Both the position numbers and the translations under genes were made by a program. The notes below the pieces were generated by a model. The model did not search any database and had not been told where the DNA came from. It was given only the letters and a program-made list of their open reading frames with translations. Positions 56,115-64,000 of a stretch of 64,000 nt of DNA are shown here, one piece after another. The stretch covers positions 590,603 through 654,602 of the forward strand of contig CAYTKM010000001.1 of NCBI GenBank assembly GCA_964438425.1. Direction: 5' to 3'. Every line of letters starts with the position of its first letter. Within the stretch, counting starts at the first letter, position 1. The DNA comes from an uncultured Gammaproteobacteria bacterium (lineage in GTDB: Bacteria > Cyanobacteriota > Vampirovibrionia > LMEP-6097).

Positions 56115-59100
56115 TTAAACTAGTTTGTCATAGAGGTCAGATAACTGTTGCAAAGTATTATTATCATTTTTTTCAACTAAGATGCTAACAAATTTAGAGA
56201 ATGCCTGAGTTTCATCAACAGGCTCTTCAAATGCTCTATCAAACATTTCCATGAGTTCTTGATATGAATTTCCTAAATCATCTACAATATCAGTGATTTC
56301 GTTAGCTTGAGTTAAAATATTTAAAGCTGCTTTTTGATGACTAACATCATATGAGCTAAATAGAATTTTTAGTGCTAACAAGTTACTGAGTTGTTCAATC
56401 TCAGGATCGTTATTTTCGTAGCTTAGTCCTTTACCTAGTTCAACTAAAGCTTGGCTATCCTGCTTTGTTAATCTTTTTTCGAAGTTGGCTATAAGATGGT
56501 CTTTTAGATCATAAAAAGCATCTTCATCATTAAGTACTTGACTGGTAGTAAGCTCAGTTATATCAAAGTTAGCTGTCTTGCCATCATACAATTGATCATT
56601 AAATAGGTTCGCCAGCTTGGGGCTGTAGATAGTGTCTAAGCTATTATCGTTTTCTGGTTTAATCGAATTTCTATTAACTTCTCCAGTGACACTGTCTATA
56701 AGAGAGTTCATAATATTTTTATCCGAAACACCTAAGAAATTTTTATCGTAATCTTGAAGTAATCTGATTTGAGCAGGAAGAAGGCTTGTTTCAAGTATAT
56801 TTTGGAAATTCTCAGATAACTCAATTCCTTCACGCTCTTCAACAGGTAATCTATTTAAAATTTCAAGTAGATCATTGTTTAATTTGGTTTGCTCTAAAAT
56901 ATGTTGCTCAAATTTTTCTTTAAGAAAATTATCGTCCGTAATATTCCCGTTATCTATATCATCAAAAAAACTGCTCAGTGTGTCTAATCTGTCGTAAATT
57001 TCTTGACCCATTTTACTTATGACCTCTTTCCCAGATTCGTTTTGCATAAGTGTCATTTGTAACTCTTTAGCACTATGACCAGTTTTAAAGTCAAAGTCTG
57101 CTTTAAGGTCTATAAGCTTAGGGGCTGTAGATATTTTGAGCATTTGTTCAAGTGAAGCTCTGAGTCTATTTTGGAAATTATTAGTACCAAGCTTATCTGC
57201 TGTTTCTAGCTCTAGGTAATCACTAATCGCTGAACTTAGGTAATCTATAACCTGTAGTTTTAACTTTGAATTATCAGGGGTATCATCTGCTGATTTTAGA
57301 CTGATTTTAATTAGAGAATCTGTTAAGGTAATTTTATTGTTGATATGATTTCTAGCATTGATGATGCCACTATCAGCTTTGAGTTCTCCTAAAACCTCAG
57401 GTGTGTCAAATCTGTCCTGATAGCTTTCAAGTGCTGTACTAATTAATTTAACTAAATCAGGATTAAAATCTATTTTTAAACCCTGGACTAAATTTAGCAT
57501 CAGGTTTTCAAAGTTTGCTGGCTTGCTATTTATTTGATTGATGATCTGTTGATTTAGTAAGTTTTTTAGTAATGGAAAGTTTGAGAGTTGATTACTAATT
57601 TTTAGCTTGGAGATTAAATCTGTATCGTTATTTTGCGTTTCTATTACATGCTTAGCTATATGTTCTATGCCTGGAGCTGACTGAGATAGCGTGGCTTGCT
57701 TATCTTGCGTGCTTGCGTGCAAATAAAGCAAGCTTTCAGCAGCACTAAGATTTTGATATTTTAAAAACTTTTGCTGCCAGTCAACTGGACTTAGTTTTGG
57801 ACTAAGAATACTAAATGAATCTATTTTATGTATTAAGCTATTAACTGCGCTTATGTTTTCATGGTTTAAAGTCTTTTTTAACTCTTTAGCTAAGTTTCTA
57901 ACAGTAGAATCATCATGATTATTTGCTACTTTAGCTAGATTACTCGTGACAGTGGCTTGAAGTTTGTTTATAAATTGGCTTTCTTCTGTAGGGTCACTTA
58001 AATGTAATTTAGTTTTAATTAGAAAATTTATCACAGAGCGTTGTTTAGCTGAGTTCAAGCTATCTAAATTCATTAAATTATAAGTATCTTGATAGTTAGT
58101 TATATTCTTAATAAATTCATTTAACATACCTTTAAAAGATCTGAGGTCACTTGCTTTTGGTTCGTTTTTTTTGGCTGGAGTTGTTTTGGAGATTCTAGTT
58201 CTAAACTGTGATTCAGGTTGAGCGAAACTATCATCTAAATGTCTAGAATATGTAAGCTCAGCTAAGTGATCTAAAATAAAGTTTTGATATGATTTTCTGA
58301 GTTTAGGATCATTAGGCGGGAAGCGGTCAACAGATTCTGCTGGGAAATCTGCTGTTTTACCAACTGTGCCTTTAACAGAACTAATTAGATCAAACCAGTC
58401 TTGAAATTTTTCAGTAGCTGGAGCAGTTGAGTACTGTTTAAAAATTAAGCTAGCGATATCATTCCTTAAAGTAGTATCGTTGATGCTTAGGGCTAAATCA
58501 GAATCTTCCCAAGCTCTAGAAGCTAACTCTTGAAACTGAATAAAATGGAATTTATAACTATTAGCTAAATCGCTAGAGTAGTCTAGTTCAGCTAATTGCT
58601 GAGCTTTTTTTATTTGCAGGTCTATTGCAGCAGGATATTGTTTTAACTCTATCAACTTGCTTAATAAATCTTTACTTTCAAGCTGAGCCTTAAATCTGCT
58701 TTCAATATTTAAATAATCAGCTTTAACATCTCGCACGTCAGTTAATTCTATTTCAGAGACTTTATCTTTTAGAAGTTGACTGATTTCTGGTTTATCGAGT
58801 TGGTTAGCTGTACTATCACTATTAAGAAAATTAAATAAATCATTCTCTGTTTTAATGTCATTTAAAGGATTTAAAGATATAGAACCGTTTGTAGTTCCTA
58901 CAAGTCGATTTAAATCACTTACGATATCAGCATGATCTAAAGTTAAATGTGGTTTTTCATAACAACGTAGTATTTTTAAGTCTGCATCATCTAAATTATG
59001 TTTTGCAAGTTTACTTGCTTGCGCTCGATTATTTAATAAGTTTGGAACTAATTTAAAAGTAGTTTTATTGTTTGAATTTTGGTTCTTAATAGAGTTAAGT

Positions 59101-59267
59101 GCTTGAAGGTCTGATCTAGTAGTTGTTTTTTTCTTATTATCTAAGATATTTTTTTCACTAGAAGAGTTATTTTTTTTAGCTGTTATCAGGTAAGTTTTTT
59201 TAATTCTGTCTAAAAGCCTAATGCGCGCAGAATCGTTATTTCCTAAAAATTTTTGTATGTTGAGCAA
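56115..59267 (-). CDS. Large N/K/S/L/D-rich helical hypothetical protein
   Basis: 1050-aa ORF, no signal peptide, composition like the 13012-20407 pair. Confidence 0.75.
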   Translation of the reverse strand: MLNIQKFLGNNDSARIRLLDRIKKTYLITAKKNNSSSEKNILDNKKKTTTRSDLQALNSIKNQNSNNKTTFKLVPNLLNNRAQASKLAKHNLDDADLKILRCYEKPHLTLDHADIVSDLNRLVGTTNGSISLNPLNDIKTENDLFNFLNSDSTANQLDKPEISQLLKDKVSEIELTDVRDVKADYLNIESRFKAQLESKDLLSKLIELKQYPAAIDLQIKKAQQLAELDYSSDLANSYKFHFIQFQELASRAWEDSDLALSINDTTLRNDIASLIFKQYSTAPATEKFQDWFDLISSVKGTVGKTADFPAESVDRFPPNDPKLRKSYQNFILDHLAELTYSRHLDDSFAQPESQFRTRISKTTPAKKNEPKASDLRSFKGMLNEFIKNITNYQDTYNLMNLDSLNSAKQRSVINFLIKTKLHLSDPTEESQFINKLQATVTSNLAKVANNHDDSTVRNLAKELKKTLNHENISAVNSLIHKIDSFSILSPKLSPVDWQQKFLKYQNLSAAESLLYLHASTQDKQATLSQSAPGIEHIAKHVIETQNNDTDLISKLKISNQLSNFPLLKNLLNQQIINQINSKPANFENLMLNLVQGLKIDFNPDLVKLISTALESYQDRFDTPEVLGELKADSGIINARNHINNKITLTDSLIKISLKSADDTPDNSKLKLQVIDYLSSAISDYLELETADKLGTNNFQNRLRASLEQMLKISTAPKLIDLKADFDFKTGHSAKELQMTLMQNESGKEVISKMGQEIYDRLDTLSSFFDDIDNGNITDDNFLKEKFEQHILEQTKLNNDLLEILNRLPVEEREGIELSENFQNILETSLLPAQIRLLQDYDKNFLGVSDKNIMNSLIDSVTGEVNRNSIKPENDNSLDTIYSPKLANLFNDQLYDGKTANFDITELTTSQVLNDEDAFYDLKDHLIANFEKRLTKQDSQALVELGKGLSYENNDPEIEQLSNLLALKILFSSYDVSHQKAALNILTQANEITDIVDDLGNSYQELMEMFDRAFEEPVDETQAFSKFVSILVEKNDNNTLQQLSDLYDKLV

Positions 59268-59435
59268 GATAAAACCTCGGTGTATTATCTTAGCGCGTTT
59301 TCAGATAACAACTTTAAATTTTGATTAAAATTTGTTATAACATAATTGTGAGCTAGTGAAACTGATCTAAGGCTTTAAACTATGACTTAGCAGGACAGTT
59401 AAATTTTAAAATTTTTTAGGGGAATGAAGCTTTTT

Positions 59436-59483
59436 GTACGCCGGCTTTAATTTTTAACTTCTTTAATGTTGAAGCCGGCGTAC
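59436..59483. repeat. GC-rich 12-bp perfect inverted repeat in a long AT-rich intergenic region
   Basis: GTACGCCGGCTT-N24-AAGCCGGCGTAC. Confidence 0.75.
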
Positions 59484-60149
59484 CCTACCTTAAGCTTTTA
59501 TCCACTTGGATACAAGACTTATAAGCCTAGCTCTGTTTATGAAAAAGTTAATTAACATAATATTTTCAGTATATCAGTCTTAAGATGAGAGTTTAACTTA
59601 ACTAACTCAAGCTAGCAAAGCTTTTTGGATTGCACTAAAACCGGCAAGCCAATTTACTGCTGTTATTTCTGAAGTAAGTGGCAGCGCGGAATCCGTATTA
59701 CAAATGATTAAGTTAACTTTACTTTCAGGTGAAAGCTTGAGTACTAGTGCACTTTTTATAGACATTATTTTATACCATATTTAAGTGCAACTTTAATTTG
59801 GTATAAATTTATTTAAGTAACTTTAACTGATTTATAGCTTTAAATTTAATAAGTTTCAAGAAATTGATAGCCTGAGTATCTATAAAATTATATTTCTAAG
59901 GCTTATATAGATATCTTGGCATTTATTGAGGGCTTAGTGAATTTTTCGGGGTGGCAACTTATCTTTCAGGGCTTGCAAGCGAAATTATATGTTGTTTATA
60001 AAATGCTTTAAAACGTAGATTTCTGCATTTTAAAGCACGCTAAGCTTCTTGCGAAATATTTATTTATTCTATAAAAGTCTGCAAACTTACCTGCAAGAAT
60101 GTGTATATTTAAAGCATCACAAAACCTGAATGTTAAAATCATCTTTACT

Positions 60150-60668
60150 GTGAGCAATATAAGATTTATAAATTCAGCAGATGACTCTTATAAGTTAAAT
60201 AAGAATGCCGCTAGCGAAAATATAACTGTTCAGGCAGCTGTAAGTCTTAAAGATAATCAGGATGAAGATGATAAAAAAGCTCGGACTGCTGTCAGTATGA
60301 GTAAACATATTTTAGATGTGCATGCCAGAAAAGAAAATCAGGAAGCATTAATAGATCCTCTGGGTGCTCTTTTAGATGCAGTTTTAATCCAAAGAACTAA
60401 CATAGAAATGTCAAAGCCTATGAAGCATCATGACTTAATTCAGGTGCTAGAAGCGCGCAAAAAGCTTTCACCTGTATCAGCTAAAACTAGTAATATGATA
60501 AATTTAATGCTTAATTTTTTGAATCTTAAAACTAAGACAAGCATCAGCTCTGATGAAAAAATTGCGTTGACTAATATGCTTGAAAAACTTAAACATACTG
60601 TCGAGTCTTATACTGAAAATTATTCAGCTGATGACGCTAAATTTTTAAAAGAGCTTTTTGCTGAGTAA
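60150..60668 (+). CDS. Hypothetical protein
   Basis: ORF track start 60099; GTG at 60150 preferred because TGTTAAAAT lies 10 nt upstream. Confidence 0.55.
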   Translation: MSNIRFINSADDSYKLNKNAASENITVQAAVSLKDNQDEDDKKARTAVSMSKHILDVHARKENQEALIDPLGALLDAVLIQRTNIEMSKPMKHHDLIQVLEARKKLSPVSAKTSNMINLMLNFLNLKTKTSISSDEKIALTNMLEKLKHTVESYTENYSADDAKFLKELFAE

Positions 60669-60826
60669 CATTTTTCTGCCGATACTTCATTAGTTTGCAG
60701 CTGATAGTTTTTTTACTAGCGTGAATCGAATCCAAGCTTTGAGTTATGATATGGTGAGCGCTATCATAAGGGTTGCAGGATATATCTTCATCTTATTTAT
60801 TACTGAATAATTTCCCGCAAAGGTCT

Positions 60827-61528
60827 TTACTCTGGCGACTCAAGAGTTTTAGTGCATTCTGCGCCACCTGAAAAATTAATTTTCTGGTAACAGTTTTTAC
60901 GGTAGTTAATTATGTAACCCTGCTCGAAAGGTATAGTTAAGGTGTAAAACAGATTTTTCTCTTTAATCACACTGCGCTTTTCACCATTAGCATCGACTCT
61001 GTACCATTTACCGTTAAGAGTTTCACCTTCTACAACTATAGTTGGCCAACCTGTCGTAGGATCATTACCTACACCGACTGTACCAGTTGATGAAGTAGCT
61101 TCAAACTTTCGGCGACCTTTTTTAGTGGTGATGGCGATATAAACTAATACACGGTCAGCTGGAGTGGCAAAGTTTCTAGATATAGTATGTGCCTTACCTA
61201 AAGCGTAATCTTCTGGTTCACGAAAACTGACTCTAGCGTAAGTTCTGTTTTTCTTTTTAGACCGATTGAAAATAAAATTATGTACGTTAGCGGTTCCTGT
61301 AGGAGCGATCGTGTACTGCGCGCGTGTACTTTTGCGACCTTCGATATCGAAAAACGCACGTGGAGCGAACTTATTTTTCTTCTTTTTATTTTTTTTAGCT
61401 GAAACAGTATAGCTTTTCGTATTTAAATACTGACTCACCTGACCTAATAGATTATCATGACTAGCATTTAGAGCTATAAATAGAGGAGCGATTAATATTA
61501 AAGCAAGTAAAAGTGACTTATTAAACAT
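60827..61528 (-). CDS. Secreted basic beta-rich hypothetical protein
   Basis: Signal peptide MFNKSLLLALILIAPLFIALNA, Lys run KKNKKKKNK, C-terminal Cys pair. Confidence 0.7.
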   Translation of the reverse strand: MFNKSLLLALILIAPLFIALNASHDNLLGQVSQYLNTKSYTVSAKKNKKKKNKFAPRAFFDIEGRKSTRAQYTIAPTGTANVHNFIFNRSKKKNRTYARVSFREPEDYALGKAHTISRNFATPADRVLVYIAITTKKGRRKFEATSSTGTVGVGNDPTTGWPTIVVEGETLNGKWYRVDANGEKRSVIKEKNLFYTLTIPFEQGYIINYRKNCYQKINFSGGAECTKTLESPE

Positions 61529-61618
61529 TAGAGTCTTATTTTAACAAAAGTGGGTTTCATAAATGTTAAGAACTTTTAGTCTAAAGTTTTAAATGGTTGG
61601 TAAGAATTAAAACTTGCC

Positions 61619-62335
61619 TTAACTGGCTATATCAAATACTAAAAAATGACTATCTGTTAGCGCTTTTATGGAAAGCTGACTTTTATTCATGAAAGCTAGC
61701 GCGTCTCCAGTTTTAAGCTGCTGACCATTAACATTTAATGTTCCAGAAATCAATTGCAGCCAGCTTCTATCTTTAGTAGTGTTAAAGTCTAAGTTTAGGT
61801 CTTTATCTAACATAGCAGCGTAAATATTAGTATCTTGCTTTATAGCTATCGAATCTTGCGCGCCAGTTTTAGAAACTATAAGCTTAAGTTGGTTTTGCAG
61901 GTCTTCAGGTTTAAAGCTGTTTTGCGTGTATTCAGGCTCAGTTTGCTTTACTTCAGGTGTAATCCAGATCTGCAACATATGCACTTCTTCAGTAGCTGAG
62001 ATGTTTTCTTCGCTATGCAAAATACCAGAGCCTGCACTGATTCTTTGTACATCACCTGCTTTGATCACATACTCATTACCAGCACTATCTTTATGTTGCA
62101 GGTTACCTTTAACTAAATAGGTGATAATTTCCATATCTCGGTGTGGGTGGGTATTGAACTTGCCGCCTGGCGCGATAAAATCTTCGTTAATTACTCTAAG
62201 TGAGCCCCAACCAGTATTTTCAGGATGATAATGCTCGCCAAATGAAAAGCTATGAAAGCTTTTTAGCCAGCTGATTTCAGTTAAATACCTGTCGCTAGAA
62301 TTAACGGTTTTTAAGTTTGTATCTTTAATGGTCAT
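61619..62335 (-). CDS. Pirin family protein (YhhW-like)
   Basis: SFHSFSFGEHY, LRVINEDFI, HPHRDMEIITY, HKDSAGN, SAGSGILHSE, LQIWI; start 62335 has SD AAGGAG. Confidence 0.95.
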   Translation of the reverse strand: MTIKDTNLKTVNSSDRYLTEISWLKSFHSFSFGEHYHPENTGWGSLRVINEDFIAPGGKFNTHPHRDMEIITYLVKGNLQHKDSAGNEYVIKAGDVQRISAGSGILHSEENISATEEVHMLQIWITPEVKQTEPEYTQNSFKPEDLQNQLKLIVSKTGAQDSIAIKQDTNIYAAMLDKDLNLDFNTTKDRSWLQLISGTLNVNGQQLKTGDALAFMNKSQLSIKALTDSHFLVFDIAS

Positions 62336-62731
62336 AAATTGTATCTCCTTAAACAAGCATAGCTTTATGATAAGCAAAGTCGCTAAATATATGAAAATAA
62401 ATGAGCTGAGTATGTTAACTGAATAGTTAACATTTAGGTGTTTGAATATAGTTTTTATGCTTATATTTATATTTTAACAAACATTGTTGCTTGTAAAGTG
62501 AACAATATAGGTGTATGATGTTCTGAAAATAGAACAAGCGAGCTTGAGATGAAGGTAGTAGTATATTTTAATCCAATAAAATCAAAGGTGATCACTTTCT
62601 GCTGAGTAGTAGCCCTTACTAACCAGCTAGTCTAATGTTTTAGAAAACTTATAACTAAATTAGTTTGTTTGGATAGGCGTTATATAGTTTTATATAAAAT
62701 GAATTTTTTATAACTCGTACCTAGTTTAAAC

Positions 62732-63133
62732 TTACTTGCCATCAATTGCATTAGATTTAATAAACTTATACAGCCCAAAGATCATTAAGAACTGTGCCAG
62801 TAGACGTAAGTAAAATAGGACTATCGGGTATGGCATATGATCTTTTAAATGATGTTTTTGAATGAAAACTTCACTTTCAGTAAGCATATAAATATGCACT
62901 GGTAAATAAGAAATCAACATAGCTAAAGTTAGGTAAAGGGCATATCTTCTAGTAGCTTTAAAGAATATTAGTATCCCTAAGATTATTTCTAAAATACCCG
63001 TCAGATAAACTAAAGTTAGCTTTAGTGGTAAATAAGGCGGCACAATTGTGACAAGAAAATTACTTAGTGGAAAATGACTGATGCCGATTATGATTAAAGA
63101 AAAGGCAATTATAATAGAGAGTAGATTTAACAT
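62732..63133 (-). CDS. DoxX-like membrane protein
   Basis: GISHF....FLVTIVPPYLP....VYLTGILEIILG, P.HIYM, RLLAQ. Confidence 0.8.
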   Translation of the reverse strand: MLNLLSIIIAFSLIIIGISHFPLSNFLVTIVPPYLPLKLTLVYLTGILEIILGILIFFKATRRYALYLTLAMLISYLPVHIYMLTESEVFIQKHHLKDHMPYPIVLFYLRLLAQFLMIFGLYKFIKSNAIDGK

Positions 63134-63294
63134 TAGAGTTTATTTGGAAAGATGGGTGCTTACTCAGAGTGCCAACTTTAAAGTCTATAATTAGAATATC
63201 ACTATCTGCTATTATCTACCAAAGGCTATTCAATTCATTAAGGTAAGTTTCATGTTGCATATTAATTGATTTCCTTGGAATTATTTAACTGAAA

Positions 63295-64000
63295 CTAATT
63301 TGAATGAGCAAAGTACTCCCAGATAAATTGCATAATCTTACTTTCAGGATGAGACTTTCTTTTGGCTAGATATATATTCACAACTTTGCTAGCTTCAATA
63401 TCTTTAAGGTGAACAAGTTGATTGCTTGAGATATATCTCTGGCTTATGTCTTGGGGTAAACGTCCCCAACCTATACTGTTAAGTATTAACTCACTTTTTG
63501 ATAAATCATCATAAACAATCATTTTGGGGCTATCATCATAAACAAAACCCTTATTTAAGTCTTCGCTTAAAGTGCTTTTAATAACAATTTGAGGTAGTTT
63601 CTTTAAATTATCTATATTTTGCTGATCTTTAGGTAACTTTAGAAAATCATGATCTGCAGATATTAATAAATCCATTTTAGAGACTGAGATTTTTTTAAAG
63701 TCTAAATTAGCGTCATCGTTAATAGTTTCAGAGATTGATAAATCAATAACTTTGTTTTTTAGCATTTTTTCACCACTTAAAGTTTCTCGGAAAAAATTAA
63801 ACTGAGTGTTTGGAAATTTTTTAGTTAGTACTTTGAGTAATTTGATTGACTTTTCTGTAGGGTAAATAATTGAGATACCAATTTCAAATAATACTTCTAC
63901 ATTGTTTTTGATTAACTTAGCCATTTTAGCTAAGTCATTATGAGCATTAACCAGTTGCGCTGCATTATTTAATAAAAACTTTGCCTGTCTGGTAAGTTTT
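63295..64000 (-). CDS. LysR-type transcriptional regulator, 5' end outside the window
   Basis: Frame stays open to 64000 (KLTRQAKFLLNNAAQLV, the helix after the HTH); substrate domain DLSISE, IGWGRLP, GQLV-like NQLV. Confidence 0.75.
   Translation of the reverse strand, partial: KLTRQAKFLLNNAAQLVNAHNDLAKMAKLIKNNVEVLFEIGISIIYPTEKSIKLLKVLTKKFPNTQFNFFRETLSGEKMLKNKVIDLSISETINDDANLDFKKISVSKMDLLISADHDFLKLPKDQQNIDNLKKLPQIVIKSTLSEDLNKGFVYDDSPKMIVYDDLSKSELILNSIGWGRLPQDISQRYISSNQLVHLKDIEASKVVNIYLAKRKSHPESKIMQFIWEYFAHSN

Noticed and set aside
59498-59506. DnaA box / replication origin in the long intergenic gap
   Set aside because: A single imperfect box (TTATCCACT), no cluster, no dnaA/dnaN context
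59607-59765. 52-aa minus-strand ORF (MSIKSALVLK...)
   Set aside because: No SD, no motif, below the length where chance ORFs can be excluded
63295-63924. LysR pseudogene lacking the HTH
   Set aside because: The frame stays open to the window edge, so the HTH is probably just outside the window
1-64000. Very frequent AGCT tetramer
   Set aside because: Largely expected from preferred GCT (Ala) after TTA/AAA/GCA codons; cannot be separated from codon bias without computation

Overview
A low-G+C (roughly one third, by eye) bacterial chromosomal segment. It has no transposase, integrase, phage, rRNA or CRISPR-cas genes. Housekeeping genes (pyrH, hisH, batD/E-like, tRNA-Met, rimI, folK, pilD, dps, thiolase, prmC, hemL, acpP, fabG, smpB, sdhB, uvrC, mfd, rnj-like, class V aminotransferase, pirin, LysR) are interleaved with many large lineage-specific ORFs. 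The gene set and protein styles suggest a non-photosynthetic relative of Cyanobacteria (Melainabacteria/Vampirovibrionia); this is inference only. Most notable: (1) four intergenic arrays of a 19-bp palindrome TTA(G/T)AA-N5-TT(C/A)TAA repeated at an exact 30-bp period, present regardless of flanking gene orientation; (2) a coupled two-gene locus encoding a candidate beta-pore-forming protein plus a pre-toxin-TG / HNH-type nuclease toxin with no evident immunity gene, resembling a binary toxin; (3) strong over-representation of GCGCGC, like the cyanobacterial HIP1 phenomenon but with a different word; (4) an RNase J paralog that has lost most metal ligands; (5) two tandem paralog pairs of large unknown proteins, one highly acidic and modular with a shared upstream motif, the other N/K/S-rich and effector-like. 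All counts and alignments were done by eye, with no database searches.
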